The notes below the pieces were generated by a model, which had not been told where the DNA came from, searched no databases, and was given only the letters and a program-made list of their open reading frames with translations. Made by a program: the position numbers and the translations under genes. Below, in pieces: positions 18,179 through 27,971 of a stretch of 36,331 bases of DNA. The stretch's first letter is position 1. Every line of letters begins with the position of its first letter. Source of the DNA: a virus (lineage: Duplodnaviria; Caudoviricetes); the IMG/VR virus record IMGVR_UViG_3300030372_000875, positions 1 through 36,331 of that record. One strand, given 5' to 3'.

Positions 18179-18739
18179 ATGCAAAAACAGCCAACAAAAC
18201 CTAGTGGACAACCTTATTCTCCTTTAGATAATTTTGCTGTTCCTGGTCAATCTTTAACAGTACCAAAAGGAGAATACAATTGGGAACAACCTCCAACACA
18301 CACAACTCCTGATAGTGCACTAGCAGAAATAATGGATAAAATATCTAATCCTGAAACTATGGGTAGAATGTTTGCTTTATTAGAAAATGGTATAACTGTA
18401 GTTGCTTTAGCAGATGCTATGGTTCTTACTGGTTTTGCACAAGGAAGATTTAACCCTAATGTAGCAGAATTAATTAAACCAGATTTAAGGGAATTTATAA
18501 TGTTGTTAGCAGATAAAGCTGACATAGAATACAAAGTAGGTGCTGTTAGGGAACGATCTAATTTTGATAGAGCATTAGAGGATTTACAAGAAGCAAATGA
18601 TGAAACGCAAGAAAGAATGCAGCCTAGAGAGATAGCTGATATTCCAGAAGAAGAACCGATTGATGCTCCTGTAGAGGAAAGAAAAGGTTTGATGAGGGGT
18701 GAACAACCTGTAGGTATTATGGCTAGGGGAGATATGTAA
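18179..18739 (+). CDS. Conserved podophage virion-module protein
   Basis: 186 aa, VPGQSLT...YNWEQPP motif, AGGAG RBS. Confidence 0.7.
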   Translation: MQKQPTKPSGQPYSPLDNFAVPGQSLTVPKGEYNWEQPPTHTTPDSALAEIMDKISNPETMGRMFALLENGITVVALADAMVLTGFAQGRFNPNVAELIKPDLREFIMLLADKADIEYKVGAVRERSNFDRALEDLQEANDETQERMQPREIADIPEEEPIDAPVEERKGLMRGEQPVGIMARGDM

Positions 18740-20487
18740 TGAGTAAACGAAAAGGTTTTATGATAGAAACATTAGATACAGCTACAAGCAAGATGCAAGG
18801 TCGTGACAAAGCCTATGAATCTATGGTTAATCAAACATTAAACATTATTCCTGAAGCTATAGCTATGAAAGATAGCATAGAGAATGAAAGAAAGAAGAGA
18901 TTAGCAAAAGCAAAAAGACTACAAACTACTTTTAATTTACCTAGTCTAGATGCAGCTAAAGAATTTTTAAATGAGTATGATCCTGATGGTACTCAAACAA
19001 CCCTACAGTTACAGAAAGTATTTGAACAGTTACGTTTCACTACAAACCAAAACATAATAGATCAAACTAATACAACTGGCGGTATGCCTACTGGATTTAT
19101 AGCAGGCTCTCAAAGCATGAGTTTACCTACAGATGTATCTAAGGGTTTTGATAAATACATTGGAATGCCTACTATAGGAGATGCTATTGTAGGTGCAGAA
19201 GAAAAATTAGGGCTTTCTGCAGGCACAGGTAGAGATGCTTTAAATTTTGTAAATCCAGCTAATATTGGACCAGATCCTTATCGTTTTCAAACATCTGGAG
19301 CATACAGTTTTAGTGCTGAATCTACAAGAGTAGGTGAAGGAGCACTAAATGATGAAAAAATTATTACTGGTGATTGGATAACTGCGGTTGGAGGTACAGC
19401 AAAAGCAGATGGTACTGTAGCATTTAATCCTTATTCTATAAAAGCAGGAGCTCGTGGAGAGGATTTTGAGTTTGATGACCAAAATTATGGCCCTTGGATA
19501 GGAGCTTTTGATACTGTTTCTTCGGATGTAAACAGATTTAGAAGAAATTTAAATAATGTTCTTGTAGGTAATACTAATGATAATAACGAATTAAAAATAT
19601 CAGAAGGAGTTGGTGAAATAGTAGCAGGAATATCTGAAGCTAATAGGCTTGTTGCAGTAAGTCCTGTTTTTAAAAACGAAGATGGCACTACAGATTTTGA
19701 AAATTTAAAACATCTTTATTCTCACGATCAATCAGGCGCATTAAAACAGTCAATAGAAAATTCTAAAATTAGTATTCCGTATGCAGGTATTTATAATGTA
19801 TTAACAAATAATAACGGAATTACAAATACAACAGATTTAAAAGAAATACAAAACAATCCATCACTTATAGAAAATAGTGTGCCAAGACCTCAATACAATA
19901 TAGGTCAATTAAGAGCATTACAACTAGACAAAAATTATGATACTAAAAAATTAACAACTACCTACAAAGGTAAAGTAATGTCTGTTGAAGATGCTCAAGC
20001 AGATTGGGATGCTGAAGAAAATATTAAATTAAAGTTTTTAACAAAACATATAGGTGAAAGAGCTACTCAAACATTGGTTTCAGGTGTTTATGGAACAGGA
20101 ACATACAGCACTATACATGATAACATTGATGATGGTGTAGCAGGATCACAGTATGATAAGAATTATATAGGAAGCGAAAATGTTGCAGAACAAAGATTAG
20201 TAACCATATTAAGAAAACAAGGGGTACAAGAAAATACAATAAAAGCTATGACTGTAGATAAAGCAAGTAACCTTCTTCAAAGAAATATTATAGATAAAAA
20301 AGATTTATCTTTTGGTTATGAAAAAGGATGGATACTTACAGGTGTTACACTTACAGGAGATGATCCTGATGCAAAAGCTCCTAGAGTAGGTTATGTTAAA
20401 GATTATTATAGATGGTATGATATAAGAACTGGAAGAATGTATGATTCAGAAGGAAATATTATAAAACCAAAAAAGAGTAGTGATTAA
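18739..20487 (+). CDS. Putative internal virion protein
   Basis: 582 aa, TAATG coupling. Lies between ejection-type genes. Confidence 0.55.
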   Translation: MSKRKGFMIETLDTATSKMQGRDKAYESMVNQTLNIIPEAIAMKDSIENERKKRLAKAKRLQTTFNLPSLDAAKEFLNEYDPDGTQTTLQLQKVFEQLRFTTNQNIIDQTNTTGGMPTGFIAGSQSMSLPTDVSKGFDKYIGMPTIGDAIVGAEEKLGLSAGTGRDALNFVNPANIGPDPYRFQTSGAYSFSAESTRVGEGALNDEKIITGDWITAVGGTAKADGTVAFNPYSIKAGARGEDFEFDDQNYGPWIGAFDTVSSDVNRFRRNLNNVLVGNTNDNNELKISEGVGEIVAGISEANRLVAVSPVFKNEDGTTDFENLKHLYSHDQSGALKQSIENSKISIPYAGIYNVLTNNNGITNTTDLKEIQNNPSLIENSVPRPQYNIGQLRALQLDKNYDTKKLTTTYKGKVMSVEDAQADWDAEENIKLKFLTKHIGERATQTLVSGVYGTGTYSTIHDNIDDGVAGSQYDKNYIGSENVAEQRLVTILRKQGVQENTIKAMTVDKASNLLQRNIIDKKDLSFGYEKGWILTGVTLTGDDPDAKAPRVGYVKDYYRWYDIRTGRMYDSEGNIIKPKKSSD

Positions 20488-23400
20488 ATGAGTATAGTTG
20501 AAGATCCTTTAAAATTTAATTGGGAAGAAGAAGATCAGTCTAGGTATGCAGATCCTGACTTTGAAGAAAGGGGTTTGTCACAACAAACAAATGAAATAAT
20601 TGAAGGAGAACGTGTAAAAGGTTTTGATACTACTAATCCTTATGCAGGTAAAAATCTTAACATGGATGATCTATTCTATAATAATGAAGAAGTAATTTCT
20701 AGTATAAGAAAATATTATTTTGATAGAGATAAAACACCTAACAATAAAAACGTAGAAGATTTGGTAAACGAGTTTAGAACCGATATGCGATGGATGGAAA
20801 GTAACGAAGTATCTGCTGCAACTACTTTATATTATCTTAATAACACCTCACAAGAAGCTGTTAATAATTTTAGAAACGCTTATGACGCATTCAAAGCTAT
20901 GCCCAAGTTTTATGAGCAAGGAACAGTAGACGAAACAGCAGGAGAAAGAGCATTTAGATTTGGTGAAGGTGTTTTTGATTATGTTGCATCTACAGTAGCA
21001 TCACCTACAGGTGTGTTATCTTTATTTACAGGTGGTGCAGGAACTGCTGCAAAACAAGCAGCATCAAGGGCTTTTATGACTAAAGCTATAGAAAGAGCTT
21101 CACGACAACAATTATTTAATAAGATACAAAGAAAAGGCATGTTGACAGGAGCTGCAAAGGCAGGTTTTGTGGACATGGTAGGTGGCGTAGCAACTAATAC
21201 AGCTACTCAATTTACAAGACAAAGAATAGGTGCTCAAGACGATTTTGATTATGGCCAATTAGCCTTAGTAGGTACTGCTTCAGCTTTACCTGGAGGTTTA
21301 ATGGGTGCATATACAGGTAGAAAAGCAGTTAAAACTACTAGAGAAACTATGGATTTATTAGAAGAAGGTTTTGAAGCGTTAGGAGGTGCTGCATTAAGAG
21401 ACTATACAGGTAAGGCAGGTAAGGTGTTAGCACAAAAAGAAACTAAAACTGTAGCAGAAAAACTAACAAAAGAATTTGATCAGTTTCAAGACAGTTTAGA
21501 TAACCCTGTTAAAAAACCTTTAGACAAAGAAATAGTAGAAGAAGGTGAAAAGATACTAAAAGAAGTAGCAGATGAGATTGGTATAGAATCTAAAGGTGGT
21601 AAATTTAGTCTTGCACCAGAAGTTATGGAAAGAGTAGCAGGTGCTGCAAGAACTATAATAAAAGAAAGTGGAGAAAAATTAGATCCTAATCGAAGAGTTA
21701 GTGAACAAGTGTATGAAATGCTTCGAGATAAAAAGATACCCTTTGAAGTATACAGGGATGTTATACAAGAGTTCGGAATAGGTGTAGAAGACTTTGCTAA
21801 AGTAGTTCTTATGCAAGCATCTGAGTATGGTAGAGGACTAGGAAGTATATCTAGTATAAAAGCTGATTATGCTATAACAAGCATGAAAGCTATAGCAAGT
21901 GATATTTTAGCAGCACATAAAAAAACAGAATATGAATTATCTATGGATGCTATGAGAGGGTTAAGTAAAAAATCAGGGCGTGAAGAACCTGGTTTTTGGT
22001 TAAGAGTAAATAATGTGAGAAAAGGATTACTTGTATCGCAACCTGCAACAGCTATTAGGAATGGGATGTCTGTAGGAGCATTTCAAGCTGTTCCTGATAT
22101 TGCTTTATCTGGGTTTGAAAGAATTATGGCACAGATAGCAGGAAGACCTATGAAAGGTGGTTATATTTCTGATATGAGTGCACTAACAAAACATGTTTTA
22201 AACATAGGTACAGGGGATAAGAAAGGAAATTTATACATAGCACAAATCTTAAGAGATTTACCAAAACAACAAGACAGGCTTTTTGGTCATTTATTTGGTG
22301 ATATAGCTAATGATATGGGTGCTGAATCAGGAGAAGGAGTATTATCTAAAATAGGAACTGGAATAGAAGATGGTGTTAAAATATTAAATTTTTTAAACAG
22401 AGGCCAAGAACATTTGTATAGATCTGCTGCATTTCTTACCCATATAGAAAGATCTTTATCTAGATCAGGCTACGATACACTAGATGATTTAGCTAAAAAG
22501 GGAGCAATAAGAGCAAATAAAGATAGCGTTATAACTGATAAAATGGTTTCTGATGCTGTAGATTTTGCTATGGAATTTACTTTTGCTAATAATCCACCTA
22601 AAACTGATGCTTTTGGCAGACTAGGCAATAAGATTATTGATATTATAAATAACAGTCCTGCAACTATAGCAATACCTTTTCCAAGATTTATGTTTGCTGC
22701 TATGCGTTATCAATATGAATACTCACCTGCAGGATTATTACATAGTGGAATCATAGGTGCGAAAAAAATTGTAAAAGGTAACATAGATCCAAGCACTGGA
22801 AAGAAGTTACTTGGTGCTGATGGTAAACCTTTAAAAGGAAGAAAAAGACTTCAGGCTTTAAACGAAAAAGAGGTTAGAGATATAGGTAAGGGTATATATG
22901 GATCAATAATGCTTGGAACAGCTTTTGAATTAAAAAATTCAGAGTATGGAAAAGACACAAAATGGTATGAATTAAGATATGATTTAAACAAACCTGATGA
23001 GGTAATAGATACTAGGGCACTTTTTCCTTTACCCCAATATTTATTTATAGCTGATTCTATTAATAGACTTGGATCTGGTAGAATGAAGGATGCTAATCAA
23101 TTTACAAAAGAATTTATACAAGCAACTACAGGAGCTAACTTTAGAGGAGGTAATGTTGGAAATCTAGCAGTAGATGGTCTTATAGATTTAGCAACTGGAA
23201 CTACACAAGATTCAGCAAATCTTAATAAAGTATATAAATCTATGTTAGATTTAGGATCAAATGTTTTGTCACAATATATGCAAACTTTTAATATTTTTAA
23301 TGACGTGCTTATGCAGTATGACATAGATGAACCTTATGCAAAAGATTCTTTAGGAACAGGTAGAACTGGTAAATCACAGGCATTAATCAGAGATAATTTA

Positions 23401-24126
23401 TCATCTCCTGCACTAGCTAAAATACTTGCAAAACTACCTGCAGGATTAGGTAATGTTTTATATAGAGATATCTATGATGAAGAAAGAAAGTATACTATAG
23501 ATCCTACACTTCCTATAAACGAAAGAGTGCAAAAAATTAATCCTTTATTAAAACAATTTTTTGGACTAACAGTAGGAAAAACAAGTATGGTTATGAGAAC
23601 TTTAGACTACTATGGATTAGATTATGGTGATTATAAATTTGTAGGGGGGGATGCTGAAGCACAAAGACAACTTAATCACTACTTACAACGTGTAATAAAT
23701 TTTCATCTGCCACACATGTTAGCTGATTCTAATAGTCCATTTAATTTATTAGTAGAACAAGCAAATAATAAGGCAAGAATAGAAGGAACAGATGTAAACT
23801 ATATAAAAGTTAAAGGTTTTTTAAGAGAAGAACTTAAAGGCTATAGAGAAAAAGCAACAGCTATGCTAGAATCAGAGAACCCTGCACTACTAGATCTTTG
23901 GAGAGAACCAAAACGTACATCTAGCATTGAAAGAACAATTATGGATTATGATGCAGGAGAGGGAGCTTACGAACAAAGATTAGATACGATTGCATCAGCA
24001 GCAGAAAGAACTGTAACAAAAGATTTGAAATTTCCTAAAGAACCTTCTGCTTTAGGCTTTACACCAAAAGCTGATGAGGATATAGATAACTTTTGGACAA
24101 ACGAAGATCAATCCAGATATAAGTAA
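20488..24126 (+). CDS. Large internal virion/ejection protein (T7 gp16-like position)
   Basis: 1212 aa, helical, with Gly/Ala-rich hydrophobic segments and an IPFPRF motif. Last large gene of the virion module. Confidence 0.65.
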   Translation: MSIVEDPLKFNWEEEDQSRYADPDFEERGLSQQTNEIIEGERVKGFDTTNPYAGKNLNMDDLFYNNEEVISSIRKYYFDRDKTPNNKNVEDLVNEFRTDMRWMESNEVSAATTLYYLNNTSQEAVNNFRNAYDAFKAMPKFYEQGTVDETAGERAFRFGEGVFDYVASTVASPTGVLSLFTGGAGTAAKQAASRAFMTKAIERASRQQLFNKIQRKGMLTGAAKAGFVDMVGGVATNTATQFTRQRIGAQDDFDYGQLALVGTASALPGGLMGAYTGRKAVKTTRETMDLLEEGFEALGGAALRDYTGKAGKVLAQKETKTVAEKLTKEFDQFQDSLDNPVKKPLDKEIVEEGEKILKEVADEIGIESKGGKFSLAPEVMERVAGAARTIIKESGEKLDPNRRVSEQVYEMLRDKKIPFEVYRDVIQEFGIGVEDFAKVVLMQASEYGRGLGSISSIKADYAITSMKAIASDILAAHKKTEYELSMDAMRGLSKKSGREEPGFWLRVNNVRKGLLVSQPATAIRNGMSVGAFQAVPDIALSGFERIMAQIAGRPMKGGYISDMSALTKHVLNIGTGDKKGNLYIAQILRDLPKQQDRLFGHLFGDIANDMGAESGEGVLSKIGTGIEDGVKILNFLNRGQEHLYRSAAFLTHIERSLSRSGYDTLDDLAKKGAIRANKDSVITDKMVSDAVDFAMEFTFANNPPKTDAFGRLGNKIIDIINNSPATIAIPFPRFMFAAMRYQYEYSPAGLLHSGIIGAKKIVKGNIDPSTGKKLLGADGKPLKGRKRLQALNEKEVRDIGKGIYGSIMLGTAFELKNSEYGKDTKWYELRYDLNKPDEVIDTRALFPLPQYLFIADSINRLGSGRMKDANQFTKEFIQATTGANFRGGNVGNLAVDGLIDLATGTTQDSANLNKVYKSMLDLGSNVLSQYMQTFNIFNDVLMQYDIDEPYAKDSLGTGRTGKSQALIRDNLSSPALAKILAKLPAGLGNVLYRDIYDEERKYTIDPTLPINERVQKINPLLKQFFGLTVGKTSMVMRTLDYYGLDYGDYKFVGGDAEAQRQLNHYLQRVINFHLPHMLADSNSPFNLLVEQANNKARIEGTDVNYIKVKGFLREELKGYREKATAMLESENPALLDLWREPKRTSSIERTIMDYDAGEGAYEQRLDTIASAAERTVTKDLKFPKEPSALGFTPKADEDIDNFWTNEDQSRYK

Positions 24127-24161
24127 TAAGAAGAGGCGTGTTTCAACTATAGGAGAAAACA

Positions 24162-24332
24162 ATGGCAGAAACAACAACAAAGAAGACAGCTAAGAAAGCT
24201 GCAAAACCAAAAGCTAAAACAGTTTCAACAACTAATGAATCTGTATTAGCAAACCCTATTACTAAGAAGGGTGCTATACTTGGTGGTGCGTTAGTACTTA
24301 TTGTACTACTAAGTATGCTAGTAGGGAGTTAA
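24162..24332 (+). CDS. Small tail-anchored membrane protein (56 aa) with a Lys/Ala-rich N-terminus
   Basis: Not in the ORF track. AGGAG RBS. Sequence MAETTTKKTAKKAAKPKAK...GAILGGALVLIVLLSMLVGS*. Confidence 0.75.
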   Translation: MAETTTKKTAKKAAKPKAKTVSTTNESVLANPITKKGAILGGALVLIVLLSMLVGS

Positions 24333-24336
24333 GATC

Positions 24337-24510
24337 ATGGCAGGGCACGAAAGAAAATTTTCATCTAAGATGTTAGCAGATTCATTTTATTCTCAAATGA
24401 AATATGATTTGGGATTTGAGTGTGAACAACCATTCAATGAGGATAGCTATTGGATTGTAAAATGGACAGCGTGCCCTACATGCACGTGTAATGAATCAGA
24501 GAGGGAGTAG
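24337..24510 (+). CDS. Small Cys-rich hypothetical protein (57 aa)
   Basis: Not in the ORF track. GGGAG RBS. Ends ...WIVKWTACPTCTCNESERE*. Confidence 0.55.
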   Translation: MAGHERKFSSKMLADSFYSQMKYDLGFECEQPFNEDSYWIVKWTACPTCTCNESERE

Positions 24511-24546
24511 TCACGTCAAATACATTTGACAAATAGGGAGGAAACA

Positions 24547-25503
24547 TTGTCAACATTTAAACAGATAAGAGATTTAAGTATCATAGCAGTAACTGTGGTT
24601 GCTGTTACCACTTTAGCATTTGCAGAGGACTCGAACATAACTAATACGACCACTACGACTTCTACAGTGACTTCAAATAATACCAACGTAAATACAAATA
24701 ATAATAATAATGTGAATAATACAACTAGCGTTAGCACTAATAGCAATACCAATCTTAATACAAATAATACAACCATAAATAGCACTGCAACCAATACCAA
24801 TAATAATAACAATGTTAGCTCATCTACTAGTGATGTCACATCAAACATAACTCAGACACAAAATGTTACAAACACTAGCACAGTATCTTCAACATCAAAT
24901 AATAATAATGTGTCAACAAATAGTAACACTAATGTAAACACATCTACATCAAATAGCACAGTTAATACACAGAACGTGAATACAAATAACAACAATAATG
25001 TAAACAGTTCACAAAATGTGAACACAAATAATTCTACTAGTACTTCATCTGCTACACAAAAGGTGACACAACGAATTAAGACCGCCCCACCTTCAGCGGT
25101 GGCCCCTTCCATCATGTCCTATTCCCAGGACCTATGCAGTACAGGGGCTTCTGCAGCAGTCCAGACACAAATATTTGGTATATCAGCAGGTAAATCTGTA
25201 CGAGACGAAAACTGCGAAAGACTGAAACTTAGTAAAGGCCTCTATGACATGGGGATGAAGGTCGCAGCAGTAAGTTTATTATGTGCTGATCATCGTGTTT
25301 TCCAAGCGATGGAACAAGCAGGCAGCCCCTGCCCATATAAAGGTAAGATAGGTGCTGAAGCACAAACAGCATGGGATGAGAATCCAGAAGACAGACCTGA
25401 TTGGCATTTAATAAAAGCTGAAATGAAAGGTCAAGAGTTTAGAGCCTACAAAAAAAAGGACTTCTGTAAAAAATATTCTACGCATAAAATATGCTCTCCT
25501 TAA
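24547..25503 (+). CDS. Secreted Asn/Thr/Ser-rich protein with a Cys-containing C-terminal domain
   Basis: GGGGAGG RBS precedes the in-frame TTG at 24547 (the track starts at 24526). Signal peptide ending AFA|ED. Six Cys in the C-terminal domain. Confidence 0.8.
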   Translation: MSTFKQIRDLSIIAVTVVAVTTLAFAEDSNITNTTTTTSTVTSNNTNVNTNNNNNVNNTTSVSTNSNTNLNTNNTTINSTATNTNNNNNVSSSTSDVTSNITQTQNVTNTSTVSSTSNNNNVSTNSNTNVNTSTSNSTVNTQNVNTNNNNNVNSSQNVNTNNSTSTSSATQKVTQRIKTAPPSAVAPSIMSYSQDLCSTGASAAVQTQIFGISAGKSVRDENCERLKLSKGLYDMGMKVAAVSLLCADHRVFQAMEQAGSPCPYKGKIGAEAQTAWDENPEDRPDWHLIKAEMKGQEFRAYKKKDFCKKYSTHKICSP

Positions 25504-27572
25504 AAAACATATACACTACATTAAAAAATGTAATTATAATTATAATTGCAATACTATGCACTGTTGGTATGACAACTTTTGTTTCACTAATAAAATCAGC
25601 TATGGCTAATACGCCTACATTTACTATAGGCAGTGATCCTATTATTGATATAACAGGAACAGGCACTGGATTAAATTTGGGTGACGATTCAATGTCTGGG
25701 CTCAAGGATATCGGTTTTAATTTTACCTTCTATGATCAGACTTTTGATCAAGTAAATATATCTATGAATGGATTCTTTACTTTCCAGTCAAATTTTTCTG
25801 TACCAAGAGTAAGAAATTACAGATCAGAAACACTACCTGCCACCTCATTTAACTACTCTGTATTCCCTGCATGGTCTGATTATATTAGAAGATCGTCTGG
25901 TAATAAATCTCCCTACATACAAACATTTGGACAAACAGCAGATACAGATCAATACTTTGTTATTATGTGGGACAATGTTTCTGAGTATAGTAATGGGTTA
26001 AAGAGTACCTTTCAGGCTATATTATATGAAACAACTAATGAAATATCTTTTCGCTACGATGAGCTTCGCATACAGAATCACGATTTGACCATCGGAGTTC
26101 AAGGCAACAACGAAGCCGTGACGTATTTGAGATATGAAGACAATAATAGCTCCACCTATGTTGTCACTGATGATTTTAGTTTAACTACGGCAGAAGTCAT
26201 AGATGAATCTTTTAGTAATCTTTCTTCTGAATGTTTAATAGATGCAGACTTTAGTGAATTATGTGATGTATATGATTTAACAAATAGTTTTGAGGAAGAA
26301 GAAGATTACTTGTATGGAGCAGGATTAACAGACTCCATGCTGTTTGGTTATGATGAAGAGGAGGACTTTTATGGATTTCACGAAGATGAAACAAACCTAT
26401 ATGGAAGAGAAGTGGTTTTTGAAGATGTTAGCTATGGGCACATTGGGAGTGATGACTATGATGCTACTATTAGCATTACTGATATCATTCTTGTTGAGGA
26501 ATATTATTTAGAAGATGAACATATATCATTGGATGATGACTTTAATTTTACTGATGACTTTTTTGTTCCTGACTTAGAAAATATAGACTTTATACCCTTA
26601 GAGGATATAACAGACACAGAAGTTATAGATATTTTTGAGATACATATTATAGATAGGGAGGAAGAGTTTATAATATTTATAGAAGAAGAATTAACAGAAG
26701 AACAAATGGAAGAGATAGAAGAACACTTTGAGGAACACTTTGAAGAAGAGTTTATGGAAGAAGAGTTTGAACAGTTTGCTGAAACTAGAGAAGAATTGTT
26801 TGATGAAGAAGAAGCAATAGAGGAAGAAGAAGAACTACTAGATGAATCTATTGATGAGATAACACCAGAAGAAGTAGAGGATGAAGATAAGCCTAGAAAA
26901 AGAAATAGAGTTAGATCTATAGTAGCATCTACTAATGCTTTATTAGAAAGAATAAATCCAAACATAACAGGTGGCACTACATCACAATCAAGTTCTACTA
27001 TATCTGTATCTAGTAACACATCAGGAGCATCTACATCTCCTATGTCTATCTCTAGTTCACCTAGTATGTCAGACCAGATAGCATCTTCTCAGGCACAAAC
27101 TAACACCATACTACAATCTATAAACATTGTGCCTATGCCTAGTGTAGGTAGTATGCCTTCAACAGTTATGGCTGAAGTGCAAGTAACAACAATGGATAGT
27201 CAAATAGAAAGTATGACTAGCACTATGGTAACAGCATCTGAAGCAGATCAAATAGCAGAGCAGGTAGTGGCTAGTAATATACGAGCTCAACAACAAGAGT
27301 CACAACAACAGGAACAAGAGTCAGGTACATACGATACAGCAGGACAAGCAACACTACTTGCCTATATGAATTATCTACCAGGCTTCACATCATATACCGA
27401 TATGGCCATACCAGATCAATCCAATTGGTATGAACCAAGAACTATGTATGCTCAAGTAACAATGCAAGACAACGTTGCAGCATATGGAGAACTTGTTAGT
27501 AATAGTATGAATACATTAGGTCAAATCATAGAGGGACAACCTAGTGAATTTTTTAATAGGAGACTAAGATGA
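25491..27572 (+). CDS. Secreted/membrane-anchored protein with a NIDO-like domain and a very acidic central region
   Basis: Hydrophobic N-terminus. Motif GDD..IGFNFTFY..NISMNGFFTF..PAWSD..WDNV..TFQAILY..ISFRY. E/D-rich around 26290-26890, then S/T-rich. Confidence 0.75.
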   Translation: MLSLKNIYTTLKNVIIIIIAILCTVGMTTFVSLIKSAMANTPTFTIGSDPIIDITGTGTGLNLGDDSMSGLKDIGFNFTFYDQTFDQVNISMNGFFTFQSNFSVPRVRNYRSETLPATSFNYSVFPAWSDYIRRSSGNKSPYIQTFGQTADTDQYFVIMWDNVSEYSNGLKSTFQAILYETTNEISFRYDELRIQNHDLTIGVQGNNEAVTYLRYEDNNSSTYVVTDDFSLTTAEVIDESFSNLSSECLIDADFSELCDVYDLTNSFEEEEDYLYGAGLTDSMLFGYDEEEDFYGFHEDETNLYGREVVFEDVSYGHIGSDDYDATISITDIILVEEYYLEDEHISLDDDFNFTDDFFVPDLENIDFIPLEDITDTEVIDIFEIHIIDREEEFIIFIEEELTEEQMEEIEEHFEEHFEEEFMEEEFEQFAETREELFDEEEAIEEEEELLDESIDEITPEEVEDEDKPRKRNRVRSIVASTNALLERINPNITGGTTSQSSSTISVSSNTSGASTSPMSISSSPSMSDQIASSQAQTNTILQSINIVPMPSVGSMPSTVMAEVQVTTMDSQIESMTSTMVTASEADQIAEQVVASNIRAQQQESQQQEQESGTYDTAGQATLLAYMNYLPGFTSYTDMAIPDQSNWYEPRTMYAQVTMQDNVAAYGELVSNSMNTLGQIIEGQPSEFFNRRLR

Positions 27573-27814
27573 AAAACATATTACCTAAACTTCAACAGTA
27601 TATAACTATAGTGGGGGTGATCACCGCAATAGGTGGAGGCTTCTACACCTGGGGACAATTTAATTTACGTCTTGATAATATCGAGAAGAGAAAGTTTAAA
27701 ACTGTAAACATTGCACCACTAGAAACTAAAGTTGATAATGTAGAAAAAAGATTAGACAGACTTGAAGGTAGGATGGATAAGCTAGGTAACAACGATAATC
27801 CACTAGCTCAATAA
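27569..27814 (+). CDS. Small membrane protein: N-terminal TM helix plus coiled coil
   Basis: AGGAG RBS, ATGA overlap. ITIVGVITAIGGGFYTW helix followed by heptads, ending NDNPLAQ. Confidence 0.8.
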   Translation: MKNILPKLQQYITIVGVITAIGGGFYTWGQFNLRLDNIEKRKFKTVNIAPLETKVDNVEKRLDRLEGRMDKLGNNDNPLAQ

Positions 27815-27905
27815 TTTATTTGATGAATAGTATATATTGATACTATTGATTTGATTAATATTTAAATATGGATATAACTGTGCCTGATAAGGTAAGGAGG
27901 TATCC

Positions 27906-27971
27906 ATGGAGAATGTTCTAGGATTTGCAGTAATATATACTGTGTTAGCATGTCTACTACAAATTGTATAA
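27906..27971 (+). CDS. 21-aa hydrophobic micropeptide
   Basis: Perfect TAAGGAGGT Shine-Dalgarno at 27893-27901. Sequence MENVLGFAVIYTVLACLLQIV*. Confidence 0.55.
   Translation: MENVLGFAVIYTVLACLLQIV

Noticed and set aside
23644-23650. G7 homopolymer as a phase-variation site
   Set aside because: A short run encoding Gly-Gly-Asp in an intact, probably essential ORF. No supporting evidence.
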